64,000 bases of DNA from contig JBEKVV010000001.1 in NCBI GenBank assembly GCA_049513715.1, forward strand, positions 704,001 to 768,000, given 5' to 3'. The notes under the pieces were generated by a model. The model had not been told where the DNA came from. It ran no database searches and saw only the letters and a list, made by a program, of their open reading frames with translations. The DNA is from Candidatus Bathyarchaeia archaeon. Lineage in GTDB: Archaea; Thermoproteota; Bathyarchaeia; 40CM-2-53-6. Below are positions 49,322 to 58,679 of the stretch, one piece after another. Every line of letters starts with the position of its first letter. Position 1 is the stretch's first letter. Made by a program: the position numbers and the translations under genes.

Positions 49322-49495
49322 GCGAGTTTAAAACTGTTAGTGCAACTCCACGAAGTCGCGCGCCGAATGAACAACCTCAGTTGGTGTCATATTTCGACGA
49401 GAGAGGATTTTGGTTGCTGAAAGACTTAAATTGGATGTCTTTTGTTACTCGCACGAACATTTCAGGCTCAATCCAAGAAACCAGTGGTGAACTTG

Positions 49496-50167
49496 ATGAT
49501 GCCCCGCCACAAATCCGCCGGGTTCGGAGGCAGAAGCATCAAGTACCGAGGCAAAACATACTCTAACTCTTGCCTTTCGTGCCAAGATTTCGTGAACTGT
49601 TGCGGGAGCTCTAATCAGACCGCTTTCGATGGTGCATCACCATCTAAGAAAGGATTGGGCTTGTCTCGCAGGGATTTTCTAAAGATCATGGGCGGGGTTT
49701 CAGCGGTTCTGGCTGGCGCACCGTTCATTGCGGCCGGGCAGTATTTGATCCCGCAAATTCCCAAGACGTTCAAAGAGGTATTGATCGCCAAGAAGAGTGA
49801 TGTGCCTGTGAATGGGTCAATAGTTTTCTGGTTCCCGTTCACAACCGACCCGACCTATACGAACATGTTGATTCATCTGCCCCCCAACTTGGCGCAAGAG
49901 GCTAAGAGTGAGTTCGTTGCGTTCAACAGGACTTGCATACACCTCCAATGCCTAGTCTCCTACCTCTCGAACTCACAGTTGATCGGATGCCCCTGCCACG
50001 GCAGCGAATACAGGCCTACTGACGGCTGGCCTGTGGCGGGGCCAGCGGCGCAGATCGGCCGTTACCTGCCTAATGTTCAATTGAGAATTGACGGTGAGGA
50101 CATCTACGCAGTAAACGTAAACTTGGATGATATCGGATATGGCAACACAACGCCCCCCTCCCAATGA
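49496..50167 (+). CDS. Rieske 2Fe-2S protein with Tat motif; start at 49496 or 49661
   Basis: SRRDFLK, CIHLQC, CPCHGS. Confidence 0.92.
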   Translation: MMPRHKSAGFGGRSIKYRGKTYSNSCLSCQDFVNCCGSSNQTAFDGASPSKKGLGLSRRDFLKIMGGVSAVLAGAPFIAAGQYLIPQIPKTFKEVLIAKKSDVPVNGSIVFWFPFTTDPTYTNMLIHLPPNLAQEAKSEFVAFNRTCIHLQCLVSYLSNSQLIGCPCHGSEYRPTDGWPVAGPAAQIGRYLPNVQLRIDGEDIYAVNVNLDDIGYGNTTPPSQ

Positions 50168-51527
50168 AGAGAAAAACCCAATTCAGCTCTTAGTCGACTG
50201 GCTGAACCAGCGACTTGAGCGAACCATATTCATGGGACTCAAGTTTACGCTTCCACGAAAATTCGTGAGCCCACTTGGGTTCTTGGGATTCCTGACCTTT
50301 ACCACGTTTGCATTGTTAGGCATCTCAGGAGCGTTGCTGATGCTCTACTACAGCCCAACGGTCATTTTCAACACGGTCACAGGTGGTTCAACGACTCCCT
50401 TTGACAGCGTGAAGAACATTGATAGCGTCGTTCCTTTCGGGTCAGCTTTGCGCAATATCCACTACCACGCTTCCAACGCGATGGTCTTACTAGCCGTAGC
50501 TCACATGTTCTACCAGTACTTCTCAGGCCGCTACAAGTTGCGCTACGAGGTCTTGTGGGTGACTGGAATAATCATAGGCATACTCACAATTATCGAGGCG
50601 TACACAGGTTACGACCTACTGCTGAATGTTCGAGGCATGTTGGCAATCAACATTGGCCGTGCACTGGCGCGTAGTACCCCGTTCATGGGACCAGAGGCTT
50701 TTCGCCTTATGGCTGGCACAGGATTGGCTGACTTGATACTAAGGTTCTACGCAATTCACGTCTTCATTTTTCCAATGATAATGATTCTCGTGATGATGGT
50801 TCACTTTCCAAGGTACATGGTTCTCGACATACCAGTGGTATCCATGGTCGCGGGAACCATCATGGTGATTGGGGGACTCTTCCCAGTCGAGATCGGAGCG
50901 AAATTTATCCCCACGGCTGAGGCGGGCATAACGATGCCAGAATGGTACCTCACCGGAATGTACGCAATAATCAGGACCGGAATCGACCGGTTTCTCGCAG
51001 GCGTCGTAATACCCATGATCTTCGTAATGGTCTTCCTCGTCATCCCGTTCTTAGACACTAGCAAGAAACTCTCAATCCGCGACAGGCCATTCTACACGGC
51101 CATGGGAGTTGCAGCGTTGGGACAGCTTGCACTAACAACGGCTTGGGGTTTCAGAGCCAACAACATATTCTTCCCCCTCGACACTATTCCCCAACTGGAA
51201 ATCGACCCGTTCATCTTCTTCGGCACAGTCGTCTTCATAGGAGCCGTAGGCTACGCGAGCGTGTACCTCTGGTTCAAGGCAACCGCTCCCCCTCCAGGCG
51301 CCCGTTCAATGCACGGCCGAAAAGAGTTCCCCATTTACAAGATGTCGTCAAATGAATGGCGGGCGGTCGTGATCTCACTTCTTGGCTTCCAGGTGCTCTT
51401 CGACATTTACTCGTCACAAGCATTCTTCGCCGGCTTCAAGAATGTGCTACTTCTGCAAATCGGCGTAGGGCTGATCGCGTTCGGAATCTTGGTCCACCTG
51501 TACCGCATCGGAGCTGATTCCAAGTAG
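50139..51527 (+). CDS. petB: cytochrome b of a Rieske/cytb complex
   Basis: Four heme His ligands (RNIHYH..AH; AIH..VH) and PEWY. Confidence 0.93.
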   Translation: MATQRPPPNEEKNPIQLLVDWLNQRLERTIFMGLKFTLPRKFVSPLGFLGFLTFTTFALLGISGALLMLYYSPTVIFNTVTGGSTTPFDSVKNIDSVVPFGSALRNIHYHASNAMVLLAVAHMFYQYFSGRYKLRYEVLWVTGIIIGILTIIEAYTGYDLLLNVRGMLAINIGRALARSTPFMGPEAFRLMAGTGLADLILRFYAIHVFIFPMIMILVMMVHFPRYMVLDIPVVSMVAGTIMVIGGLFPVEIGAKFIPTAEAGITMPEWYLTGMYAIIRTGIDRFLAGVVIPMIFVMVFLVIPFLDTSKKLSIRDRPFYTAMGVAALGQLALTTAWGFRANNIFFPLDTIPQLEIDPFIFFGTVVFIGAVGYASVYLWFKATAPPPGARSMHGRKEFPIYKMSSNEWRAVVISLLGFQVLFDIYSSQAFFAGFKNVLLLQIGVGLIAFGILVHLYRIGADSK

Positions 51528-51539
51528 AGAGGAACAGAA

Positions 51540-52004
51540 ATGACACAACAGCAACCTAAAACGGTTCAAGGGCCTTGGGTCGGCGCGACAGCGATACTGC
51601 TAGTTCTACTGATGGGCACTGGAATGTTCTACTACCAGTTTTACGTCCTGCCCGCGACCATTGGGCCAGCACACACACCGCAAAACGTTACAATCAATAT
51701 CGTCGCACAGCAATGGGCCTTCATGCTCAATGGAACCATAGACACGCGCACCACTCCCATCGTGGTTCATGTAGGAGACAACGTAACGTTTCACATACAC
51801 GCCATATTTCAGCAGGACCCAAGCTTCAATCAACACGGGTTCTTCATCCAGGGGATTATGGAGACGCCCCTGACCGTGCCTGCGGGTCATGACGTCACGT
51901 TCACGGTCGTTCCCACAGATCCGGGAGAGTACACGATCATTTGCACAATCTTCTGTGGTGCAGGACATGGCGATATGCACGGGCTCCTAGAAGTGCTGCC
52001 ATAA
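51540..52004 (+). CDS. membrane-anchored CuA cupredoxin (oxidase subunit II-like)
   Basis: One TM segment, AQQWAF, HGF, CTIFCGAGHGDM. Confidence 0.85.
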   Translation: MTQQQPKTVQGPWVGATAILLVLLMGTGMFYYQFYVLPATIGPAHTPQNVTINIVAQQWAFMLNGTIDTRTTPIVVHVGDNVTFHIHAIFQQDPSFNQHGFFIQGIMETPLTVPAGHDVTFTVVPTDPGEYTIICTIFCGAGHGDMHGLLEVLP

Positions 52005-52021
52005 TCTAGGGGCACCCACGA

Positions 52022-52909
52022 TTGCAGGCTACCGTAAATGAGACCGTAAGGAATTACGTCGAAGTCACTAAACCACCTATAGTGTTGCTTCTTGTCTTCA
52101 CCTCATTGGCCACGATGCTCATTGCTTGGAAACACACCGTTTTTCCTCTCACCCCCACCCTGCTAATCATTGCGACCGTAGCCATCACGGCAGCGAGCGC
52201 TGGATGCGACACTATCACCTCCTACGTGGACAGGGACATCGACGCGATCATGCACAGAACGCAACACCGACCCATTCCCAGTGGCCGCATAACCCCCAGC
52301 AGAGCACTAGCTTGGGGCATTTTCCTAGCCGCAGTAGGGTTGATCCTAGCTCTATGGATTAACCTCCTGGCATTCATCTGGATTGCATTGGGAATAATCG
52401 ACAACGTCATCATCTACAGCCTCTATCTGAAACGACGAAACCCACTCAACATAATACTAGGCGGAGTAAGCGGGGGACTTCCCGTTATGTTTGGCTGGAG
52501 CGCGGTAACGAACAACGTTCAGTTGCTTCCAATCCTGCTGGCGGCCTTGGTTGTGCTTTGGATTCCCGGCCACATCTGGAGCTTGGCGATCTTTACTAGG
52601 GCGGATTACAAACGGGCGAAAGTCCCAATGCTCCCCGTTGTCACGAAGCTAAGCACCGCTTTGAGGTGCATCGTCTCGACCATACTCCTGATGATTCCGT
52701 TCTCGTTGTGGATATACCTAGAAGGCGGATTCGGAATCGTCTACTTGGCAGTGGCGATTCTGTTCGGGGTAGCGGTCTTGTACGTAAACCTCAAACTCTT
52801 CCTACATCCAAACGACAAGATGGCTTACCTTGCCTTCAAAATCTCAAGCCCCTACCTTTTCGCGTTGTTCCTTGCGATGATTATTGACAGCCTGATACCG
52901 CTCGCTTGA
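52022..52909 (+). CDS. ctaB: protoheme IX farnesyltransferase (heme o synthase)
   Basis: DRDIDAIMHRTQHRPIPSG, YLKRR, WIPGHIWSL. Confidence 0.94.
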   Translation: MQATVNETVRNYVEVTKPPIVLLLVFTSLATMLIAWKHTVFPLTPTLLIIATVAITAASAGCDTITSYVDRDIDAIMHRTQHRPIPSGRITPSRALAWGIFLAAVGLILALWINLLAFIWIALGIIDNVIIYSLYLKRRNPLNIILGGVSGGLPVMFGWSAVTNNVQLLPILLAALVVLWIPGHIWSLAIFTRADYKRAKVPMLPVVTKLSTALRCIVSTILLMIPFSLWIYLEGGFGIVYLAVAILFGVAVLYVNLKLFLHPNDKMAYLAFKISSPYLFALFLAMIIDSLIPLA

Positions 52910-52913
52910 GTGA

Positions 52914-54080
52914 CTACGAGGTCAGTGGGCCCAGCCCCGTTGGGGGTCGGCAGGTAATCACGTCCTTAATGCCCTTCGTTCCTAAGACCTTCAGCAAGAA
53001 GTGGAATAGCAAATCATTTCCCATGAAGTGGTCCGCAAGCCTTCGCAGCTTTGTGGAGACGCGCATCTCCTTACCCAAAACTTCCTTCCACCGCCTCTCA
53101 TACTCTGAGAGTGGAACGCCTTTCTGAAGGTGGTTCGCTGCGACTTGTCCCGCAATTTCACCTGTAATCATCGCAGTGGAGATTCCGCCACCGTTGGTTG
53201 GCATAACCATTGCAGCAGCGTCACCAACCGCCATCACGTGGTCCGAATAGGTCCGTTTCAAGGGACCATCAACCGGCAAGACGTCTGCAATCATAGGGCC
53301 AGCCTTTCCCCCCTCGAGCTTCTCCTTGGTCAGTGGGCATTTGTCGATGAAGAATTCCAAGTACCCTTTGCCATCTTTTCTTTTTGAGAACGAAGTCCTT
53401 ATTCCGATGCCAACATTCGCCGTACGGTTGCCCTTCGGAATAATCCACCCGTAACCGCCCGGCGCGAACTCCGTCCCCATGTACATCTCTGTCACACTCT
53501 GGTCAATGGTGAGGTCGCTCATGAGGTACTCGTAGTTGATTGCGATGTTGTTAGCGGTCATGTACTCGTCTGTTAGGATGCCAGCTGATTTCGCAATCTT
53601 CGAGGGAAAACCATCTGCGGCTACAACAACACGGGCTTTCACCGCCTCCGAAGCATTCCTGCCGACCAAAAGGTCTCCGTTTTGCGTGAACAGGTCAACT
53701 GGCGAGCGCAGTTCAACTGTTCCCCCAAGCCTCTCAACTTCCTTTGCAGACGCCTGCTCCAGTGTCGTGCGGTCGAGGACATAGGCCTCGAAGTCAAATT
53801 CGTACTCTTGCCCTTTAGGCGAGATAACCCGTATGGTCTTGCAGAAGTTGTTCACAGCCTCCTTTGGGACGTCGAAAACATGCATGTAATCCCCCGCGCT
53901 CGGTAGTAGGTACTCCATTTCCTTTCGAACGGGGAAATATTCGCCGCATTTTACTGGAACGCCGATAACGTTCTTCTTATCGAAGACGTGGACAGAGAGA
54001 CCTCGTTTGAGCGCCTCGACAGCAGCGTACAGCCCGCCCGGCCCAGCCCCAACCACTACGAGGTCAACTGACTTCTCCAT
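52914..54080 (-). CDS. digeranylgeranylglycerophospholipid reductase-like
   Basis: GVPVKCGE, APGGYGWIIPK, GDAA..PTNGGGI. Confidence 0.9.
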   Translation of the reverse strand: MEKSVDLVVVGAGPGGLYAAVEALKRGLSVHVFDKKNVIGVPVKCGEYFPVRKEMEYLLPSAGDYMHVFDVPKEAVNNFCKTIRVISPKGQEYEFDFEAYVLDRTTLEQASAKEVERLGGTVELRSPVDLFTQNGDLLVGRNASEAVKARVVVAADGFPSKIAKSAGILTDEYMTANNIAINYEYLMSDLTIDQSVTEMYMGTEFAPGGYGWIIPKGNRTANVGIGIRTSFSKRKDGKGYLEFFIDKCPLTKEKLEGGKAGPMIADVLPVDGPLKRTYSDHVMAVGDAAAMVMPTNGGGISTAMITGEIAGQVAANHLQKGVPLSEYERRWKEVLGKEMRVSTKLRRLADHFMGNDLLFHFLLKVLGTKGIKDVITCRPPTGLGPLTS

Positions 54081-54186
54081 TGACACCAACGCTGACGAAG
54101 TATTCTACTGAACCCGTGAAATCAAACAGAAAAGGGTTCTGGGAAACAATGGGCAGTTGCTTGCTATCACCGGAGATGGGCTCTGA

Positions 54187-55629
54187 TTACGGGTGAGCCA
54201 GGAACTGGGCGACCTGCATTAGGTAGGTGAGAATGGGGCCAGGATAGATCCCAACTAGGATGGTGATTATTGTGCATGCGACTAGAACCGCGACGAGTGA
54301 GGTTGGTTCGCTCAATCTTTCCGAAATGGGAGCTTCATCAAAATACATTCGTTTCACAACCCACCCGTAGTAGGCCATGGAAAACGCGCTGTTCAAAACG
54401 CCAGCAAGCGCGAGCCACCACATCTGCCCATCGACGGCTGCTGTGAAAAGGACGAGCTTGCTCATGAAACCGCTGAGCGGCGGTACTCCCGCTAGTGCGA
54501 ATAGCGAAATAGTGAGAGTAAGGGCAGTGATGGGCATGCGTTTGCCTAAGCCTTGGTAAGAGTCCAGTGAGGTTGTGGAAAGCCTACTGTATACAGCCGC
54601 AGCCCCCATGAAAGCCGCCGTCTTCATGACGCCATGGTTTAGGATATGAAAGAGCGCACCAGCAATGCCAAGGGTGCTAGGCGCTGCTAGCCCAATGAGG
54701 ATGTAGCCTGCTTGGGCGATGCTGGAGTACGCGAGCATCCTTGTGAAGTTCTTCTGCATCAGAGCGCCGACGTTGCCAAGAGTCATCGTTAACAATGCGA
54801 CAATTGCGAACGTGCCGGTCCAATCCAGTCGAAGCGCGATGAGGGCAACTGCGAAGACCCTGAAGAGTGCCGCGAATCCTCCGTTCTTCGTTCCCGCCGC
54901 CAGAAAGGCACCGATCGTTATTGGGGCACCTTCGTAAGCATCGGGAATCCACATGTGAAACGGTACAGCCGCGACCTTCATGCCGAACCCTGCGATGAAT
55001 AGAACCATCGCCAAGAGTGCCAGCGGCTGCATTTTTGGTAAGGCAGCACTCAATCCCGATGCCACGACGTACATGTTTGTTGAGCCTGTTATCCCGAAAG
55101 TAAGCGATATCGCGTACACTATGAGCGCTGAGGATAAGGCGCTGAGAATGAAAAACTTCAACGCAGCCTCATTTGAAATTGCATCATCTTTCTGAATTCC
55201 CGTGAGAACGTATGACGGGATGTTCATCAACTCCCACGCCAGAAACAGGGCGATTAGGTCGACGGAAAACGAGATCAGAATCATTCCGAAGGTTGCAAAC
55301 AGAAGGAGGCCGAAATAGGTGTCAAGGTTCTTGTTTTCGCGCATGTAGTAGATTGAGCCAACGCAGATGAGTAGAGTAACGATTACGAAAACTGCAGTGA
55401 GATAGATGGAGAAGGGGTCTATCGACAGTACTCCAAGTATGAGCTGGGGCCGTGAAATCCCTTGAAGGAGCAACATGGCAACTCCTCCTAGCGTAATTAA
55501 GAGCCCCGCGATCGACCAGTAGGCCACAACGGTTCGTTTATGGATGCGTTTCGAGAGCGCCTGAATCAGCGGAACGACGATGGCAAAGATAGGCAGAGTG
55601 TACAGAAGAATCGCGTTGGGCAGTTGCAT
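54187..55629 (-). CDS. nuoN: complex I subunit N
   Basis: SNEAALKFF, KVAAVPFHMWIPDAYEGAP, RMLAYSSIAQAGY. Confidence 0.93.
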   Translation of the reverse strand: MQLPNAILLYTLPIFAIVVPLIQALSKRIHKRTVVAYWSIAGLLITLGGVAMLLLQGISRPQLILGVLSIDPFSIYLTAVFVIVTLLICVGSIYYMRENKNLDTYFGLLLFATFGMILISFSVDLIALFLAWELMNIPSYVLTGIQKDDAISNEAALKFFILSALSSALIVYAISLTFGITGSTNMYVVASGLSAALPKMQPLALLAMVLFIAGFGMKVAAVPFHMWIPDAYEGAPITIGAFLAAGTKNGGFAALFRVFAVALIALRLDWTGTFAIVALLTMTLGNVGALMQKNFTRMLAYSSIAQAGYILIGLAAPSTLGIAGALFHILNHGVMKTAAFMGAAAVYSRLSTTSLDSYQGLGKRMPITALTLTISLFALAGVPPLSGFMSKLVLFTAAVDGQMWWLALAGVLNSAFSMAYYGWVVKRMYFDEAPISERLSEPTSLVAVLVACTIITILVGIYPGPILTYLMQVAQFLAHP

Positions 55630-55756
55630 TGAATCCGCCTTGCCAAGAGCGTGCTAGTTGGAATTCCTTCGCGTAAATAACTCTTCTCAACTCAACCAAA
55701 CGTTTTTCTTGTCCACCCCAATGTCAATGCGACTTCCAGAAACCTGTGAGCAACTT

Positions 55757-56080
55757 ATGTCGGGCATTGAGACCATCAAAATCATAGTCGAAGCTGAAAA
55801 AGAGGCTGCGAAAATCCTCGAGGACGCCAAGTCTAAGGCCACAGCAGTTCGAAAACAGTTGGACATTCAGATCCAACAACAACGTAATGAAATATTACAG
55901 GCTGCTAAGAAACGCGCCGAGGACATTCTTCAGCGCGCAGAGCAGGAAGGCAAAACTGAGGCAGAGAACTACGAGAAGGCCTCAGAGGCAACCGTTCGTG
56001 ACTTGGTGGCGAAGACCTCATCGAAGAAGAACGCCGCCGTGGAAAAGCTAGTTGGAATAGTCCTAGAAGGGAAAGCATGA
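55757..56080 (+). CDS. A/V-type ATP synthase subunit H (G-like)
   Basis: IKIIVEAEKEAAKILEDAK coiled coil; first gene of the cluster. Confidence 0.8.
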   Translation: MSGIETIKIIVEAEKEAAKILEDAKSKATAVRKQLDIQIQQQRNEILQAAKKRAEDILQRAEQEGKTEAENYEKASEATVRDLVAKTSSKKNAAVEKLVGIVLEGKA

Positions 56081-56697
56081 TGTCGGCAACAAGCAAATTC
56101 ACAGCGGACATACTCACAGTGGCCAAAGAGAAGGCCCACAGCATAATCGCGGATGCTGAAACTGAGAGCCAGAAGACCCTCCAGGACGCCAAGGCTCACC
56201 TGTCCAAGGAAGCGGAGGATGTTGTTCGAAATGCGCAGACGGAGGCAGAGGGAGTCAAACGACGCCACATGAGTGAAGCCCGGCATAGAGTCAAACTGAA
56301 GATGGAGCAGGAGAAGAGCAAGATCCTCCAAGAGGTTCTCGAGCGGACAAGAGAACGTGTAATGGATATGAGAAAAGACGAGAGCAAGTATTTACCCTAC
56401 CTGGTGGGCTTGGTCGAGATCGGCATACGAGAACTAGGCATTGAGAACGTTATAATTCACCTGAACCAAGAGGACCTCACACGAATCGCTAGGGCGAAGC
56501 TTGAAGGTGAAGTCAGCAAGAAACTGGGCAAACCTGCCAAAATCGAATGGGCAAAGGAACCGCTAGACACTTCGGGCGGCGTCATAGTGTCAAGCAGCGA
56601 CGGCAAGACCCGAATCGTGGGAACCATAGACCAAACGTTCGAAGCATTAGAGTCAAAAATGCTCATTGAGGGAGGAAAAGTTCTCTTCGGTGATTAG
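56077..56697 (+). CDS. A/V-type ATP synthase subunit E
   Basis: Coiled coil plus SGGVIVSSSDGKTRI..LF. Confidence 0.88.
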   Translation: MMSATSKFTADILTVAKEKAHSIIADAETESQKTLQDAKAHLSKEAEDVVRNAQTEAEGVKRRHMSEARHRVKLKMEQEKSKILQEVLERTRERVMDMRKDESKYLPYLVGLVEIGIRELGIENVIIHLNQEDLTRIARAKLEGEVSKKLGKPAKIEWAKEPLDTSGGVIVSSSDGKTRIVGTIDQTFEALESKMLIEGGKVLFGD

Positions 56698-56721
56698 CGA
56701 ACCAGGAAGAGGTAACTGCCA

Positions 56722-57747
56722 ATGACGGGCGCAGGAAAATACGCCGAACTCGCAGCAGCAGTCCGCTGCTTCAAAGCGGACTTGATTCGGACTAGTGAAA
56801 TTGAGAGAGTCATAGAATCCGGCAGCCTATCAGAAACAGTCAGCATGCTCACCGACGGAAAGGTGACCGCTGTAGACAGCTCAGACCTGACCTCCGTCGA
56901 ATCCTATTTGATTCAAGCATCTAGTGAATTAGCTAAGCGACTGGTTTCTTATGCGCCCCAAGTCTCACGGCCGCTGATTCGCCTATTCTCAAGAGGGTTC
57001 GAGTTGTCATGCGTGAAGGAGATTCTCCGGTCAATCATCGATCAAGAAGGCCTTGAAGAAGCGATGCGGCACATAGTTCCAGCAGGCAAATTCACGGTGG
57101 AAAGGTGCGAGGAACTCATAGAGGGACACAACCCGAACAGGGTAGTCGACTTGCTAGACGATGAAGGGCTGAAGCGCCATCTCAGCCCGAAGCTCACTGG
57201 CGAGAAGGGCGGTTTGGGCGTCGTATCTGCTATAGACCAGTACTACTACTCGAAGCTGTGGTCAGCTTCAAACTTACCCGACCTGTTCGATGCCCAATCA
57301 GCCAGAGGTTTGATTGGCGAGTTAATCGATCACCTGAACATACTCTTCGCATTCCGCACGCGGTTAGTCGGCTTGGACGCAAAAACCACTTCAGACATGA
57401 TGATTCGGGTCAACTATGCATTGGGCCACGCGCTCACCGAGCTCGCAGAGGCAACGAACGCACAAAACCTTATGCGTGTTCTCGACAAGACGCGATACGC
57501 CCGCGCCCTTCAAGGAGCAGCCACCTCGGAGGCGAATGTTGCAGATGTTGAGCGGTCCTTGAACCGCAGCCACGCAACCAGCTGCTTCAATATGTTTGCA
57601 GGATCGCCCTTCAAGGTTGGCCTCGCGGTAGCATTTCTATTCTTGAAGAACTACGAACTACATGACCTCTTCAGCATAATCAACGCAAAAGCAAACCATG
57701 TTCCAATGGAACGCGTTGTCGACTCTTTGATTTTGCGTCGCGCTTGA
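56722..57747 (+). CDS. A/V-type ATP synthase subunit C (AC39)
   Basis: IDQYYY, IDHLNI..FR, FLFLKNYE. Confidence 0.82.
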   Translation: MTGAGKYAELAAAVRCFKADLIRTSEIERVIESGSLSETVSMLTDGKVTAVDSSDLTSVESYLIQASSELAKRLVSYAPQVSRPLIRLFSRGFELSCVKEILRSIIDQEGLEEAMRHIVPAGKFTVERCEELIEGHNPNRVVDLLDDEGLKRHLSPKLTGEKGGLGVVSAIDQYYYSKLWSASNLPDLFDAQSARGLIGELIDHLNILFAFRTRLVGLDAKTTSDMMIRVNYALGHALTELAEATNAQNLMRVLDKTRYARALQGAATSEANVADVERSLNRSHATSCFNMFAGSPFKVGLAVAFLFLKNYELHDLFSIINAKANHVPMERVVDSLILRRA

Positions 57748-57812
57748 GTCCCAGAAAGCATTATAATGTCAATGCTCGTTCTTAGCGCACGCAATACAGG
57801 TGCTGATGAACC

Positions 57813-58151
57813 GTGAAACCGAAACGTGAGATGATTTTGAGCTTCCTTCTGATGGCAATTGGCGTGGTTGCAATCTCGTCCATGGTTGCGGTTGCGTACT
57901 CGCAATCCCCAGCACAGACATCCGGCCAACCTGCGAGTGAGAAAGGCCTATTCTTGATCGGGGCAGGAATAGCTGCAGGATTGGCGACTTTCGGCGCTGG
58001 CATCGGCTTGGGAACTGCTAGTGCTGCCGCCATTGGCGCCATAGCCGAGAAACCAGAAATGCTCGGCAGGACACTCCTGTTCGTGGTGTTGATCGAGGCT
58101 ATCGCAATTTACGGTCTAGCGATGTTCTTCATCATATACTCCAGAATCTAG
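57813..58151 (+). CDS. atpK: A/V-type ATP synthase proteolipid c (K) with signal-peptide-like N-terminus
   Basis: GAGIAAGLA..AIAEKPE..LIEAIAIYG. Confidence 0.92.
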   Translation: MKPKREMILSFLLMAIGVVAISSMVAVAYSQSPAQTSGQPASEKGLFLIGAGIAAGLATFGAGIGLGTASAAAIGAIAEKPEMLGRTLLFVVLIEAIAIYGLAMFFIIYSRI

Positions 58152-58209
58152 TGCAGCCCACGAGTCTTCCAACAAACCCTTTTTTCATTCCACCGTCTGA
58201 CTGCACACC

Positions 58210-58649
58210 ATGAAGAGTACATCGGACATCAAGGCAGCAGTTCAGAGCAAGTCACTCACGAACTTAACCAAGGTCCTAAGTGCGCTCGCAGAAGAACTAA
58301 CCTACCAACTCAAACCACCTTACACCGAAGTAAAGCAGAAGAAGCCGAACGTTTCGCAATCGAATTCTCCGCAATCCCACACTTGCACTACTTCAGCCTC
58401 GCTACGACATCTGAAGGATTGGCATTCACAATTGACTTCGCCGGAAACGCCCTCGCAGACTCACCAAACCCTCCAATCCACGAGCTCTTCTACGCTGCGC
58501 GCGTGGAGGGCCTGAAGATCTACGGATATGGTACTCGCTGGAAGGGCAGAGCCGTTCCGACTGCCGAAAAGTTCGCACAGAACCTAGAGGTAACGTCTCA
58601 GACGTTGAATGAAATGGAGCTTGATGGCTTTTCTGCGGCTCTGGGCTAG
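58210..58649 (+). pseudogene. hypothetical protein split across two frames
   Basis: Frame 1 MKSTSDIK..KKPNV continues in the -1 frame as FAIEFSAIPHLHYFSL..; switch at about 58310-58355. Confidence 0.5.
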
Positions 58650-58679
58650 ATAGCGTAGAACCTTTGCGTTGACTAGTCT

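Noticed and set aside
58300..58380. BHB intron explaining the frameshift
   Set aside because: The only candidate helix found (UUAC/GUAA) gives a 10-nt intron of the wrong phase and has no exon helix
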